The notes: generated by a model not told the origin, from the letters alone. DNA of 64,000 nucleotides from Patescibacteria group bacterium (GCA_041651095.1 JBAZJV010000001.1:83835-147834), one strand, 5' to 3'; numbered from the stretch's first letter, positions 8,569-19,938 are shown. Program-made: numbers and translations.

Positions 8569-11487
8569 ATGTTTCTAGAATCTATGAAATCATCAAGCCG
8601 AAACAGAATATTAATGTGCACCTTTAGCTTCCTAGTGGCGATCGGCATCTTTTTGATTGGTCGGCCGGCGCTGGCTGACTGGCCGACTGAAATCATGTCC
8701 GGCCTGCTTAGTATTTTCATCTGGGCGCTGGGCGTTATTCTTGGGCTAGTCTTACAAGTCCTTATATTAATTGCCGGCTACCAGGATTTTATTAACTCCC
8801 AGGCAGTAGTTTTGGGCTGGGTGATAGTACGCGACATCTGCAACATGTTCTTTGTGATTGTTTTAATGATTATTGCTTTTGGCACGATTTTACACTTAGA
8901 GAACTATAGCTATAAGAAATGGTTGCCCAAACTGATTTTGATGGCCGTCCTGATTAACTTTTCCAAGACGATTTGCGGCATCTTGATTGATATCACCCAG
9001 GTGGCGATGCTCACTTTCGTTAATGCTTTTAAGGATATCGGTGGTGGCAACGCTACCGAGATGTTGGGTATCGCCAAAATTGTTACTTTATCACAAACCA
9101 GTAATGATACCGGTTTTTTCACGGTTGTCGGCGCCTATATTTTGGGCATGATTTATCTGATTGTGTCGATCATCGTCATTGTGGCAATGATGATGATGCT
9201 GGTGATGCGTCTGGTTATGATCTGGATTTACGTTGTTTTGTCGCCTGCCGCTTATTTGTTATCCGCCTTTCCGGGCGGTCAAAAATATGCTTCGCAGTGG
9301 TGGTCGGAATTCATTAAAAATTTAATTGTCGGACCGGTATTAGCTTTTTTCATCTGGCTATCGCTAGCTTCTCTCGGAGCGACCAGCCCTAGTTTTGATA
9401 CTACGGCGGCAGATAAAAATCTTGCCGATTATAATACGCAGATTACTACTAGTGCGCAAAGCGCTAAATTAACCACGGGCGGAGAGCAGTCTGATGCCGC
9501 AACAGCCGGGACGGAAGCCTCTAAACCTAGTGTGCTTATTAAGTTCATTATCGCCATCGGCATGCTCTTAGGCGGTATGATGGTGACCCAGCAGATCGGC
9601 GGCGCGGCCGGCAGCATGGCCGGCAAAGTCTTTGAGAAGGGGAAGGGCCTGAGCCTTAAGGGGGCTAAAGGCCTGGGTAAATGGGCTGGCCGGCGTTTAG
9701 CGGACGTGCGCGATATCGCCAGCGAGAAAGCCGGCGTAGATTTGAATTTAGCTGCGGTCTGGCGGAGGCGTAACGAGCAATCAGAGGCTAACCGTCAGCT
9801 GCGCTTGATGCATATCCGGAAGAATACTTTGGCCACGGCCGCTGGCGATAAGAATGCTGAAGGCCAGCGCCCCGGTTGGCTGCATCGCAAGCTGGCCTTG
9901 GCCAGCACGGGAGACGTCGCCTGGCAGAACATCGTGGATAAGAAATTTGGGGTGCTGACGGCAGGTGATGTAAATGTGGCTGAACAAGCCATGACAGATA
10001 TCAAGAAAGTGGAGGACGATAAGAATAAAGCTGGTGAAAATATTGAAAGTATCCGCGGCGAATCCGAGCGGACCATTACCCAAGCGGAGCACGTCGACAA
10101 TGTCCAGAAAGCCAAAAATCTTCGGACGGCCAATCAAGAATTGGCAGATAGAAAGAAAGAAATTACCGACTCCGCTGATTATAAGACGTTGAAAGAAAAA
10201 GAAGACAAATATCAGATTACCGATTCAGAGCAGAAGTCGCTGGATAAATATAAAGAACAGATCAAGAAGATAGATGAAAAAACGGCAACTAATGAAGAAG
10301 ATATCGAGCGCTTAGATCCGGGCGCCATTACTTTCGATCAGGTTCAGGCTAATCGGGCCAATATTAATAGTCTCGAGCTGGATAATGCCGCGCTGGAAGA
10401 TAAGAAACAGAAGTTTATCGAGAAGGAATCATATCAGAATTTGCTGCGCGAAGAAAGTAGCGGCCAGATTAGCCCGGCCAATCAAGCATTGCTAGATACG
10501 CAGAGGAACTATGTTAAAAGTTTAGATGACCGGATTAAGGTTAATAACGAGAAAAAAGACAAACTGAGCAAGACGACGGTAGTCGTAAAGGATGAGGCGG
10601 CTAAGAAAGAAGCCCAAAATTCGTTCAAACGGGAAATTATCAGCCAAGAGAATAACATTAAGCAATATGATAAGCAATTGGACGGACTCAATAAGGCTCT
10701 GCGCCATAATCAATTGTCGGAACTGTCTACGGCCCGCGGCCATGTTGACGCGCAGGCGGAAGGAGAAGCAGCTAAAAAAATCGCCACTTTCGTTAATCCG
10801 GACCAATTAGTCGGTATCTTTAAGGAAGCAGTAGAGTCTAAAGATCAGGCTTTGATGGCCGCGGTGTACAAAAAATTAGCTAAGACCGCAAATTATAACG
10901 AATTGCACAAAGCCTTAAATATCGGCACCGGTTATGATGGCATGATCGAGATGTCTAAGCGGCTACAGACCAAAGAGGGGGGCGGTATGAATGAACAAGA
11001 TGCTAGGGGTCTAGTGGCGGAAGTCGGCGAAATCTGCAAAGGCATCGGTCATATGGAAGCTTTTGCTTCCATGAGTATGAATAAAGCTGGCCAGTGGGAG
11101 GAGACCGGCAAAGATCAACAGGAGGCAGCCATTCTTAGTGAGAAATCCAAGATTCAGGTTCAGCAATTTGTTCGTAACATCAATCGCCTAGGTGCGGGTT
11201 CTTATGAAAACGACAAGCCGCATACGGCGGATAATTGGACTTTAAGCCGATCGACCCTGGCCTTATTTGCGGCTAAGGACGCTAAATACGCTGATGAAAT
11301 GAGCAAAACCGGTAATATCAATACTATCCAGTTTATTGGCAGCAATCCCAAGAACCTTCAAGCCTTGAAAGACGCTGGCGCCAAGGAAGTGGCTAAAGTC
11401 ATTGAAGATGTCATGAGGAAGGCTAGGGTTACCAGCGCTAACGTAGCGAAGCCTCTGGACTCTATCCGGGCTGTCAGCCGGTCTTAA
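8569..11487 (+). CDS. Polytopic membrane protein, putative VirB6/TrbL-like T4SS component with a long Lys/Glu-rich coiled-coil tail
   Basis: The N-terminal ~340 aa contain at least 6 predicted TM helices (e.g. GILIDITQVAMLTFVNAF, MIYLIVSIIVIVAMMMMLVMRLVMIWIYVVL), typical of VirB6/TrbL topology. The C-terminal ~550 aa are charged and coiled-coil-like. Confidence 0.55.
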   Translation: MFLESMKSSSRNRILMCTFSFLVAIGIFLIGRPALADWPTEIMSGLLSIFIWALGVILGLVLQVLILIAGYQDFINSQAVVLGWVIVRDICNMFFVIVLMIIAFGTILHLENYSYKKWLPKLILMAVLINFSKTICGILIDITQVAMLTFVNAFKDIGGGNATEMLGIAKIVTLSQTSNDTGFFTVVGAYILGMIYLIVSIIVIVAMMMMLVMRLVMIWIYVVLSPAAYLLSAFPGGQKYASQWWSEFIKNLIVGPVLAFFIWLSLASLGATSPSFDTTAADKNLADYNTQITTSAQSAKLTTGGEQSDAATAGTEASKPSVLIKFIIAIGMLLGGMMVTQQIGGAAGSMAGKVFEKGKGLSLKGAKGLGKWAGRRLADVRDIASEKAGVDLNLAAVWRRRNEQSEANRQLRLMHIRKNTLATAAGDKNAEGQRPGWLHRKLALASTGDVAWQNIVDKKFGVLTAGDVNVAEQAMTDIKKVEDDKNKAGENIESIRGESERTITQAEHVDNVQKAKNLRTANQELADRKKEITDSADYKTLKEKEDKYQITDSEQKSLDKYKEQIKKIDEKTATNEEDIERLDPGAITFDQVQANRANINSLELDNAALEDKKQKFIEKESYQNLLREESSGQISPANQALLDTQRNYVKSLDDRIKVNNEKKDKLSKTTVVVKDEAAKKEAQNSFKREIISQENNIKQYDKQLDGLNKALRHNQLSELSTARGHVDAQAEGEAAKKIATFVNPDQLVGIFKEAVESKDQALMAAVYKKLAKTANYNELHKALNIGTGYDGMIEMSKRLQTKEGGGMNEQDARGLVAEVGEICKGIGHMEAFASMSMNKAGQWEETGKDQQEAAILSEKSKIQVQQFVRNINRLGAGSYENDKPHTADNWTLSRSTLALFAAKDAKYADEMSKTGNINTIQFIGSNPKNLQALKDAGAKEVAKVIEDVMRKARVTSANVAKPLDSIRAVSRS

Positions 11488-11496
11488 ATATAAACT

Positions 11497-12459
11497 ATGC
11501 CTACTCTTACAACCGAATTACTACAACAGGAAATAGACTATGTGCTGGCTAACGACGATTGGCAGGGCGCTTTTGAGGCGTATTCGATTACTCGCGACTG
11601 GCTGGCGGCTAATAAGACCTTGAAAAGTAATTCTCGGGAATATGCCCAGTACCAGAATCTGCTGATGAAATTGAAATTCCTTAGCCTGAATTATTTCGAC
11701 GACGTTCAGGATTATTATGATTTACTGAAGAATTATTTGCCGTTAGCTCTGGAAATGCCGGATTATGATCTGTGGGGCCGCTTATCAGCCCAATTGACCT
11801 ATCTGCCGTTAATCGAGTCGCGCGATACTTTCAAGGCCAAACTGCGCGAAGCCTTAGAACACTCCGACAGCCTCCTGCTCAACCGGCAGAAGTATCCGCA
11901 GGAAGGCATGCCGTATAAAGTCGGCGATTGGATTAAGGATTTTGTGGCTAACCTTGGTTTGGATAATTTTGATAAGTTGAAGAAAGTGGAATATCTGGAG
12001 CACGGCAAATATATCAAATTGCTAAAACCGGAGGATAAGGAAAAAATCAAAGTCCTGCTGAACGTTTATGAGAATCTTAAATTATCTTCCCGGACGCCAG
12101 TCGGCTATGACAACGCGGTGGCGATGAATATTGACGGCAAGCAGATCATTTTTGATCATGGGCAAGCGGAAGAAGTATTACCGACCCTTTTAGAGGATAT
12201 TAAGAAGCTCTCAGGCGAGGCACCCGCCGCCCTGGCGCCGGCTGCCGCCCCGGCCGCCCCGGCAGTTGCTGTCCGTCCGTCTAGCCAGTCCGCAGCGCCG
12301 GCCTCAGCGCCCGCCGATCCGATTGCTGAATTAGAAAAACTGTTGGCCGAATATCCGTCCAGCAGCCTGGAGCATAAAGCGATCAAGCAGGAAATCAACC
12401 GTTTGAAAGTCGCCGCGTTCAAAGCGGCTCAACAGTCCAAAACCAATGTCAAGAAATAA
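11497..12459 (+). CDS. Hypothetical protein with an Ala/Pro-rich linker
   Basis: Intact 320-aa ORF, 9 nt after the preceding gene. No motif recognised. Low-complexity stretch APAALAPAAAPAAPAVAVRP. Confidence 0.65.
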   Translation: MPTLTTELLQQEIDYVLANDDWQGAFEAYSITRDWLAANKTLKSNSREYAQYQNLLMKLKFLSLNYFDDVQDYYDLLKNYLPLALEMPDYDLWGRLSAQLTYLPLIESRDTFKAKLREALEHSDSLLLNRQKYPQEGMPYKVGDWIKDFVANLGLDNFDKLKKVEYLEHGKYIKLLKPEDKEKIKVLLNVYENLKLSSRTPVGYDNAVAMNIDGKQIIFDHGQAEEVLPTLLEDIKKLSGEAPAALAPAAAPAAPAVAVRPSSQSAAPASAPADPIAELEKLLAEYPSSSLEHKAIKQEINRLKVAAFKAAQQSKTNVKK

Positions 12460-13423
12460 GTCCGCCCGTCTTAAGCGGCGACTGGTCGTTTCCGGTTCTT
12501 TAGCCTATGACCAAATAATGGATTTTCCCGGGCGTTTCAGCGACCATATCCTGCCCGAGGCCATCCATCAGCTCAATCTTAGCTTCTTCTTAAGCAGCTG
12601 CCGCCAGAGTTTCGGCGGTACGGCCGGAAACATCGCTTATAATTTATATTTATTGCAGGAACGGCCGACTATCCTCGGGGTAGCCGGTCCGGATTTTTTA
12701 AATTACCGGAAACGCCTGAAACAACAGGGCGCCGAGGTCGGCCGGATTAGCCTGGTACCAGATAGCCGGACCGCCAGCGCTTATATCATCACTGACCAGG
12801 CCGACAATCAGATCGCCGCTTTTTACCCCGGTCCGTTGCCGAAAGATTACGCGCGCACCGCCGCCAGCGGCTTAGAAGGTATTGATTTGGCCATCATCGC
12901 GCCGGACGATAAGGATCGTATGTTGGCCTATGCCGCCGTTTATCAGAAAAGAAAGATCCCCTATATTTTTGATCCCGGCCAGGCCCTGATCGCTTTTTCG
13001 CCGGCGGAACTGCGCCGGGCGGTTAACGGCGCCAAGGTGCTTATCGGCAATGATTATGAAATCAAGCTGATCTTGGATAAATTGGGCGCCGCGCATCGCG
13101 AGCTCCACAAGCTGGTGGAAATATTAGTCGTGACTAAGGGCGGCCAAGGCTCGGAAATCTATCACCACAACGAAAAAATCAGCATCCGGCCGGCTAAGCC
13201 AAAGAATACCAGCGACCCGACCGGCGCCGGCGACGCCTATCGAGCCGGCTTGATAAAAGGCCTGTTAAAAGGGTATAATTTAAAGACTTGCGGCCAATTA
13301 GGCTCGCTCGCCGCCGTTTATACCGTAGAAAAATTCGGCACCCAGACGCATAAATTTACTTTGGCCGAATTCCAGCGGCGTTATCGGGAAAATTTTCAAG
13401 AAAAATTAGATTTATCATTATGA
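12446..13423 (+). CDS. PfkB-family carbohydrate/nucleoside kinase, adenosine-kinase-like by context
   Basis: PfkB signatures [11 protein letters not shown] near the N-terminus and [16 protein letters not shown] near the C-terminus. The stop overlaps the ahcY start (ATGA). Confidence 0.85.
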   Translation: MSRNKSARLKRRLVVSGSLAYDQIMDFPGRFSDHILPEAIHQLNLSFFLSSCRQSFGGTAGNIAYNLYLLQERPTILGVAGPDFLNYRKRLKQQGAEVGRISLVPDSRTASAYIITDQADNQIAAFYPGPLPKDYARTAASGLEGIDLAIIAPDDKDRMLAYAAVYQKRKIPYIFDPGQALIAFSPAELRRAVNGAKVLIGNDYEIKLILDKLGAAHRELHKLVEILVVTKGGQGSEIYHHNEKISIRPAKPKNTSDPTGAGDAYRAGLIKGLLKGYNLKTCGQLGSLAAVYTVEKFGTQTHKFTLAEFQRRYRENFQEKLDLSL

Positions 13424-14673
13424 AGTATCACGTTAAGGATCTAGGCCTAGCGGCCCAGGGTGAAAAACGCTTGGAATGGGCCGGCCGCGATATGCCGGTG
13501 CTTTCCGGCATCAAGACGACTTTCCAGAAAAGCCGGCCGTTCAAAGGCCGGCGGATTTCCGCCTGCATGCACGTGACCGCCGAGACCGCCAACCTGATGC
13601 TGGCCTTGCAGGCCGGCGGCGCCGACATCACCCTGGTCGCTTCCAATCCGCTTTCTACGCAAGATGACATTGCGGCCACTCTGGTCAAGAACCATGGCCT
13701 GAAAGTACTGGCGGTACATGGCGAAAGTACCAAGGTCTACTATGAACACTTGAATCAAGCTTTGAAGAATAAGCCGCAGATTACCATGGATGACGGCGCG
13801 GACCTGATTTCTCTGTTGCATAATAAATATAAGGATCAGGCTAAAGATATCCTAGGCAGCATGGAAGAGACGACGACCGGCGTTATCCGCTTGCGAGCTT
13901 TGGCCGCGCATCATAAACTGCTGCTGCCGGTCATTGCCGTCAACGACGCTAAGACCAAGAATCTGTTTGATAACCGCTATGGCACGGGGCAGTCTACCTT
14001 GGACGGCATTATCCGGGCGACCGGCATCCTGGTTGCCGGCAAGACTATCGTCGTGGCGGGCTATGGCTGGTGCGGCCGCGGTTTTGCCATGCGGGCGCGC
14101 GGCTTGGGCGCCAAGGTGATAGTGACCGAAGTGGACGAAATTAAATCTTTGGAGGCGGCCATGGACGGATTTTCCGTTATGCCCATGGCGGAAGCTGCCA
14201 AGGTCGGTGATGTTTTCTGCACCCTGACCGGCGATATCAAGGTCATTGACCGGCCGCATTTCCAGTTGATGAAAGACGGAGCCATGGTCTGCAATTCCGG
14301 GCACTTCGACGTGGAAATAAACCTGCCGGCCCTGAAAAAAATGTCGCGGCGGGTCAGTCGGGTAGCCGATCAAGTGGAAGAATATCTGGTCGGCCGGAAA
14401 CGGATTTACGTGCTCGGCCAAGGGCGCCTGATCAACCTGGCGGCGGCCGAAGGCCATCCTTCCAGCGTGATGGACATGAGTTTTGCGACCCAGGCTCTGG
14501 CCGCGCAGTATGTCGCCAAGAATGCCGGCAAATTGAGCGCTAAGGTCTATAATGTGCCGGAGAGCATTGAAAAACAGGTAGCGACCCTCAAGCTTAAATC
14601 ATTAGGTATTAAAATAGATAAATTAACCAAGGAGCAGGCAGCCTATCTGGCTTCCTGGGAATTGGGCACTTAA
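13420..14673 (+). CDS. ahcY: Adenosylhomocysteinase (S-adenosyl-L-homocysteine hydrolase)
   Basis: The N-terminus [24 protein letters not shown], the NAD-binding [11 protein letters not shown] and the 417-aa length are typical of the short AhcY form. Confidence 0.95.
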   Translation: MKYHVKDLGLAAQGEKRLEWAGRDMPVLSGIKTTFQKSRPFKGRRISACMHVTAETANLMLALQAGGADITLVASNPLSTQDDIAATLVKNHGLKVLAVHGESTKVYYEHLNQALKNKPQITMDDGADLISLLHNKYKDQAKDILGSMEETTTGVIRLRALAAHHKLLLPVIAVNDAKTKNLFDNRYGTGQSTLDGIIRATGILVAGKTIVVAGYGWCGRGFAMRARGLGAKVIVTEVDEIKSLEAAMDGFSVMPMAEAAKVGDVFCTLTGDIKVIDRPHFQLMKDGAMVCNSGHFDVEINLPALKKMSRRVSRVADQVEEYLVGRKRIYVLGQGRLINLAAAEGHPSSVMDMSFATQALAAQYVAKNAGKLSAKVYNVPESIEKQVATLKLKSLGIKIDKLTKEQAAYLASWELGT

Positions 14674-14716
14674 TCGGTCATTTTTAATTTCCGTTACCAG
14701 AGCGGAGCAAACAAAT

Positions 14717-15868
14717 ATGGAAATAAAATTAATCACCTCTGAGTCGGTCACCGAAGGCCATCCGGATAAGGTTTGCGACCAGATCAGCGACGGCATCCTG
14801 GATGAGATCTTGAAGAAAGACCCGAACGGCCATGTGGCCGTGGAATCTTTCGCGACCAACGGCCTGGTCGTGGTCGGCGGCGAAGTCCGGACCGATCATT
14901 ACGTGCAGATAGACGACCTGGTCAGGAAGATCCTCAAGGGGATCGGCTATGATAACGCCGATTCCGGTTTCGATTGCGATAGCGTCGGCATCGTTTCCGC
15001 CCTGCATTCCCAGAGCGCGGAAATCGCTCAGGGCGTCGACGAAGGCCAGGGTGATTTCAAGGAGCAGGGAGCTGGCGACCAGGGCTTGATGTACGGCTAT
15101 GCGACCAATGAAACCAAAGAGCTGATGCCGTTGCCGATCATGCTAGCCCATAAATTAACGGCGCGTTTGGCTTATGTCCGCAGGCATAAGATCATGCCGT
15201 ATCTGAAACCGGACGGGAAGAGCCAGGTCACCGTGGAATATCATGACGGCAAGGCTAAACGGGTCGAGACCGTGGTCATTGCCGCCTGCCATAGCGACAA
15301 GGTTAGTTTAAAGAAAGTTAGAACTGATGTCTTGAATAAAGTTATCAAGCCGGTCTTGGGTAAATTGCTGGATAAGAAGACTAAGGTATATATCAATTCC
15401 ACCGGCGCTTTCACTTTCGGCGGCCCGGCCGCCGATACCGGCCTCACCGGCCGCAAGATCATCGTTGATACCTACGGCGGCGTAGCCCGGCATGGCGGCG
15501 GCTGTTTTTCCGGCAAAGACGCTTCCAAAGTCGACCGCAGCGGCGCTTATATGGCTCGCTATGTAGCCAAGAACGTGGTCGCCGCCGGCTTGGCGGATAA
15601 ATGCGAATTGCAGGTCGCTTACGCCATCGGCGTGGCCCAACCGGTCGGCATCTATATCAACACCGACGGAACGAATAAGGTATCGGAGGCTAAGATCCTG
15701 CAGGCGATCAGGAAAGTTTTTGATTTCCGCCCTAAAGCCATTATCGAGCAGTTGGGGTTAAAGAAGCCGGTTTTCCTGCAGACCGCCGCTTACGGCCATT
15801 TCGGCCGGCCGGGTTTTGCCTGGGAAAAAACGGATAAAGCCGCGGCCTTGAAAAAGGCGGCGAAATAA
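14717..15868 (+). CDS. metK: S-adenosylmethionine synthetase
   Basis: [50 protein letters not shown] and 383 aa. Confidence 0.97.
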   Translation: MEIKLITSESVTEGHPDKVCDQISDGILDEILKKDPNGHVAVESFATNGLVVVGGEVRTDHYVQIDDLVRKILKGIGYDNADSGFDCDSVGIVSALHSQSAEIAQGVDEGQGDFKEQGAGDQGLMYGYATNETKELMPLPIMLAHKLTARLAYVRRHKIMPYLKPDGKSQVTVEYHDGKAKRVETVVIAACHSDKVSLKKVRTDVLNKVIKPVLGKLLDKKTKVYINSTGAFTFGGPAADTGLTGRKIIVDTYGGVARHGGGCFSGKDASKVDRSGAYMARYVAKNVVAAGLADKCELQVAYAIGVAQPVGIYINTDGTNKVSEAKILQAIRKVFDFRPKAIIEQLGLKKPVFLQTAAYGHFGRPGFAWEKTDKAAALKKAAK

Positions 15869-15919
15869 ATTACGGACACTGCCTAATAGCGGGATAGCCG
15901 ATCTTTATAGTCTTATCAT

Positions 15920-16336
15920 ATGAGCCGAGCCATGGTATTCGGAACTTTCGACCGTTTGCATCCGGGCCATCTGGATTATTTCCGCCAGGCCCGGCGCTTT
16001 GGCGAGGAACTGGTCGTGGTCGTGGCGCGGGATGTCAATGTCCGGCGGTTCAAGGGGCATCTGCCCCAAGAAGGAGAAAAGACGCGGGCCCGCCAGATCA
16101 GGCGAGCCTTGCAGGAACTCGGCTATTCGGGCAAGGTCGTACTCGGCAGCCTGCGGAACCGTTGGCTGGTCATCAAGAAATACCGTCCGGATTTCATCTG
16201 CTTAGGCTACGATCAGCAGGTGGATTTGCCGGCTTTAAAGAGCGAAATTGCCAAATTTCGCCTTTTTTGTAAGATTAAGAGATTGAAACCGTATCACCCG
16301 GAAAAATATAAGTCGAGTTATTATCGGAAAATATGA
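15920..16336 (+). CDS. Small nucleotidyltransferase of the cytidylyltransferase/RibL-like family
   Basis: The GTFDRLHPGH motif is the (H/T)xGH nucleotidyltransferase signature. 138 aa. The stop overlaps the start of the first swivel-domain paralog (ATGA at 16333-16336). Confidence 0.7.
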   Translation: MSRAMVFGTFDRLHPGHLDYFRQARRFGEELVVVVARDVNVRRFKGHLPQEGEKTRARQIRRALQELGYSGKVVLGSLRNRWLVIKKYRPDFICLGYDQQVDLPALKSEIAKFRLFCKIKRLKPYHPEKYKSSYYRKI

Positions 16337-17760
16337 AGTGGGACACCTGGACCAGAGGAACTATTCATCCGCACCGCGCCGATATCATCATGCGCGGCCT
16401 GGCTTTTTGCGCTTTGCCGGATTTTATTACCCTGCGCGCTTTATACGTGAATAACCGCGGTAATCTATGGTGGTCTTGGCATCATCAAGATTTAGCTAAT
16501 CTTGGCAATAAATTAAAGAAAGAATTGTCTTCAGCCAAGACCGCGTCGCGGCATTTCCGCATTTTTGATAAATATACCAAGCGGGCCGCCGGGGAATCAG
16601 CGCGAATCATCGGTCGCGATTTAAAATCTTTAAACGATCAAAACTTGGCCGCGCTTTATGACCGGCTATTTGCCGCGGCATATCCGGCAAACATTATCTT
16701 GGCGGCCGATATTGATGCTTTCGATACCTTGCTGGAAGATTTTATCGGAGCGAAAATCCGGCAGGAACTGGTACGACATTTACCGGCCGGCGACGTAGAG
16801 CCGGCTTATCAAATATTATCCGCCACCATTCATCAGACCTATGTTAGTAAGCAAGAATTGGCGGTCATGGCTTTGGCCCTACGGAAAAATATTTCTTCGG
16901 CGGCCGTTAAAAAGTTATGGCGACAGTTCTGGTGGACTAATTTAGGCTGGGAAAATATGCGGCCGCATACCCTGGCTTATTTTAAAAGTCTAGTCAATCG
17001 TTATCATCGTCGCCCCGGCTTGGCGCTGGAGCGGCAGAAATTAGTTAAAGCCAGGTTGGATTTAAAAAGACGCCGTTCCAACTTATTGAAAAAAATAGGG
17101 CGGCCGCCAGTTTTGCTCCATTGGTTAGAAATCGTCGATCGCTATGCTTCCTACCATGATATCCGCAAAGAACTGGAATGCCGTAGTCTCTACGCCTTCC
17201 ATTTATTACTGTTAGAAACGGCGCGGCGGCGGCATTTGCGGCCGAATAATCTGGAATGGCTCTGGCATCATGAGGTCAAAGCCATTTTGGCCGGCCAACC
17301 GCTGGATCTGGCGGAAATAAGGCGGCGCCGGAACTGGGTGGCGGCAATAGCTCGACCGGGCCGGCTATCCTTTTATAGCGGCGAGCGAGCCAAGCAAATC
17401 AAAGAGCGGGAATTGCTGGTTAAGAAACAAAGGCTCGCGGAATTCAAGGGTTTAGGGGTGACCAGCGGCATCGTGCGCGGCCGGATCAAGATATGTATGG
17501 GGATAGTCGAGGCCAGGCGCAAAGTCAAGCCGTCCGACATCCTGGTCACTAATATGACCACGCCGGATTTCGTGCCAATCATGAAGCGCGTCAAAGCGAT
17601 AATCACTAATGAAGGCGGCGTGACTTGCCACGCGGCTGTTATCGCCCGAGAGTTTCATATCCCTTGCATCGTCGGCACTAAGGTGGCGATGCAAGTCCTG
17701 CATGACGGCGATAGAGTAGAGCTTGACGCCGCTCAAGGTACAGTTAAAATTATTAAATAA
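16333..17760 (+). CDS. Paralog 1 of 9: helical N-terminal domain plus C-terminal PEP-utilizer swivel phosphohistidine domain (no TIM barrel)
   Basis: The C-terminus reads SDILVTNMTTPDFVPIMKRVKAIITNEGGVTCHAAVIAREFHIPCIVGT. The putative catalytic His codon is at 17629-17631. Confidence 0.85.
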   Translation: MKWDTWTRGTIHPHRADIIMRGLAFCALPDFITLRALYVNNRGNLWWSWHHQDLANLGNKLKKELSSAKTASRHFRIFDKYTKRAAGESARIIGRDLKSLNDQNLAALYDRLFAAAYPANIILAADIDAFDTLLEDFIGAKIRQELVRHLPAGDVEPAYQILSATIHQTYVSKQELAVMALALRKNISSAAVKKLWRQFWWTNLGWENMRPHTLAYFKSLVNRYHRRPGLALERQKLVKARLDLKRRRSNLLKKIGRPPVLLHWLEIVDRYASYHDIRKELECRSLYAFHLLLLETARRRHLRPNNLEWLWHHEVKAILAGQPLDLAEIRRRRNWVAAIARPGRLSFYSGERAKQIKERELLVKKQRLAEFKGLGVTSGIVRGRIKICMGIVEARRKVKPSDILVTNMTTPDFVPIMKRVKAIITNEGGVTCHAAVIAREFHIPCIVGTKVAMQVLHDGDRVELDAAQGTVKIIK

Positions 17761-17768
17761 ACCAAGCT

Positions 17769-19304
17769 ATGTCTCTAAAAAAAGCCTTTGACCGGAATGG
17801 CATCCTGATTTATCCCTGGTATATTTCCGATCTGGTCGCCACCCGGGAGATTCGGCGGGTGACCAAAGGTCCGGTCATCAGTCGGATATTTTACGGCGTC
17901 AAAAACGATTTGGCGACTTTGTATTACGATCAGGATTCGACCGATGCCCTGGGGCGGCGGCTGTTGGACAAGATTATCAAAGACCGTAAATTCTATCGTT
18001 TGGTTATCCGGCAAATCTATCATTATAGCGACCAATTGATGTCATTTTGCCGCCATCTGGATGAAGTCGTTCCGGCCGAGTTGAGCGACCGGCAATTGTT
18101 GGAAATTTATGCGGAATATGAACGGCGTTTAAGCGAACTGCGAGCCTGGGGTTGGGTGCCGGTAATCTTGGACGGTATTTTCACGCCGTTTTTGTCCGAT
18201 CGGTTAATGGCTGATTTCCGGGATTTTTTAGCCAAACACGGCCAAGCCGCTAAATTGCCGGAGTATTATAGCCTGCTTAGCGCCAGCGATCAGATGAGCG
18301 AAGTGCAGACGGAAACTTTGGAGCGGCTGCGTTTATTAGAGAAAATCAGCCGAACTGGAGGGCAGAGCTCTCTACTAGCGATTAAGAATGGGACGGCCGC
18401 TGGTTTTAAAAAGCGCTTCCCGGCCGAGAGTGCCCTGATGGACGCCCATTTGCAGCGTTTCGGTTGGCTGACTTATGCTTACACCGGACCGGTGATGAGT
18501 TTTGCTTATTTGTTTTCAGTATTGCGCGCCGACTTATCGAAAGGGCAACCGGCTAAGCAGATTAATAACATCACCAGGCACTTTAGGACGATCAAGCCGC
18601 AAAAGCGCCGTTTGGTCCAGCGGATAAAACTATCACCTCGTCTATCTTATCTCTTCGCCGTTTCCTCGGAGTTCATGTTTATCAAGGATTACCGCAAAGG
18701 GATTTATCAGAAATCTTATGTCGCAATGGATAAAATCTTATCAGAATTAGCTAAACGTTTGGGTGTGAGTCGCCGCGATATCCGCAATCTGACCCGGGCG
18801 GAAGTTACCGAGGCCTTGCTGAAAGGACAGGCCGGGGTTTACCGGCGCCGGGCCAGCCAGCGCACCAAATTCGCTTGTTATGAAATCAAAGCCGGCCGGA
18901 TAAAGGTTTATGAAGGAAGCCGTGCCAAACACCGGTTAGCCGTCGCGGCGCGAGGCGATAAGCCGGTTGGCCAATTAGCCAAACAGTTATCCGGTTCCAT
19001 CGCTTACGCCGGCCGAGCGCGCGGTTTGGCTAAGATCATTCTAACCAAAGCTGATCTGCCAAAAATGCGTCCTGGCGACATCCTGGTTTCTTCGGCTACC
19101 AATCCGGACCTGATTGCGGCCATGGAGCAAGCGGCCGCTTTCGTGACCGATACCGGTGGCATTATCTGCCATGCCGCGATAGTGGCGCGGGAGCTTAAAA
19201 AACCTTGCGTCATCGGAACCAAGGTGGCGACTAAAGTCATTAAGGACGGCGATCTGATTGAAGTCGACGCCAATCAGGGAATAGTTAAGATCATAAAGAA
19301 ATAA
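17769..19304 (+). CDS. Paralog 2 of 9: helical domain plus swivel phosphohistidine domain
   Basis: GDILVSSATNPDLIAAMEQAAAFVTDTGGIICHAAIVARELKKPCVIGT. His codon at 19170-19172. Confidence 0.85.
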   Translation: MSLKKAFDRNGILIYPWYISDLVATREIRRVTKGPVISRIFYGVKNDLATLYYDQDSTDALGRRLLDKIIKDRKFYRLVIRQIYHYSDQLMSFCRHLDEVVPAELSDRQLLEIYAEYERRLSELRAWGWVPVILDGIFTPFLSDRLMADFRDFLAKHGQAAKLPEYYSLLSASDQMSEVQTETLERLRLLEKISRTGGQSSLLAIKNGTAAGFKKRFPAESALMDAHLQRFGWLTYAYTGPVMSFAYLFSVLRADLSKGQPAKQINNITRHFRTIKPQKRRLVQRIKLSPRLSYLFAVSSEFMFIKDYRKGIYQKSYVAMDKILSELAKRLGVSRRDIRNLTRAEVTEALLKGQAGVYRRRASQRTKFACYEIKAGRIKVYEGSRAKHRLAVAARGDKPVGQLAKQLSGSIAYAGRARGLAKIILTKADLPKMRPGDILVSSATNPDLIAAMEQAAAFVTDTGGIICHAAIVARELKKPCVIGTKVATKVIKDGDLIEVDANQGIVKIIKK

Positions 19305-19318
19305 GGATATTTAAATAT

Positions 19319-19930
19319 ATGTCATCATTACTAAAATCATCGTCTCCTTTCCGCGTACCGCCGCGCTATCAAGCGATTTGGCGCCGAGCTGAACCGCTGT
19401 TAAAGGTCGGCCGCGCCGGCGATTGGCAGCATGCCCGGGAAACGGTCCAGACGATTTTAAATTATCGCGGCCGTTTGAAATTCGATCCGACGGTCATGAT
19501 TCCGGTAGCGATGATGCATGACATCGGTCATTACGCTATCTTACCGGAACATTTTAAATTCATCACCGGTCCGGCCAAGGTCAAGAACAGCAAATTGGTC
19601 CATATGCTGGCCGGCGCCAAGATCGCCCGAGACATCCTCAGAGCAGTGCATTATCCGGCTAAAAAAACGGCGGAGATCGTTGAAATTATCAGTATCCATG
19701 ACGCTGATAATTTAGAGGGAGTTGATTTACGGAAAATATACAACACGGCTAATAAGAAATTTTTCCACGATATCGATTCCTTAGATCGTTACACCGAAGA
19801 TCGTCTGCGTAGCTTTCAATCAATGTACTCCCGGCCGCACTTCTTGCGCCTATTGGCCGAGCTGTCCGACAATTTCTTTTATGACGAATTCAAGCGTCTG
19901 GCCAAACAACGCCTGCAGGCCTTAGGATAA
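19319..19930 (+). CDS. HD-domain metal-dependent phosphohydrolase family protein
   Basis: H...HD...D pattern: VAMMHDIGHY and ISIHDADNLEG. 203 aa. It is inserted between paralogs 2 and 3. Confidence 0.65.
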   Translation: MSSLLKSSSPFRVPPRYQAIWRRAEPLLKVGRAGDWQHARETVQTILNYRGRLKFDPTVMIPVAMMHDIGHYAILPEHFKFITGPAKVKNSKLVHMLAGAKIARDILRAVHYPAKKTAEIVEIISIHDADNLEGVDLRKIYNTANKKFFHDIDSLDRYTEDRLRSFQSMYSRPHFLRLLAELSDNFFYDEFKRLAKQRLQALG

Positions 19931-19938
19931 GCGAAATT

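Noticed and set aside
17620-17640. Cys directly preceding the catalytic His (T-C-H) in 7 of 9 swivel domains, considered as a possible novel redox feature.
   Set aside because: As far as I recall, E. coli PpsA itself has GGRTCHAAIIARE around its phospho-His. The Cys is therefore a normal PpsA-type feature, not a peculiarity of this array.
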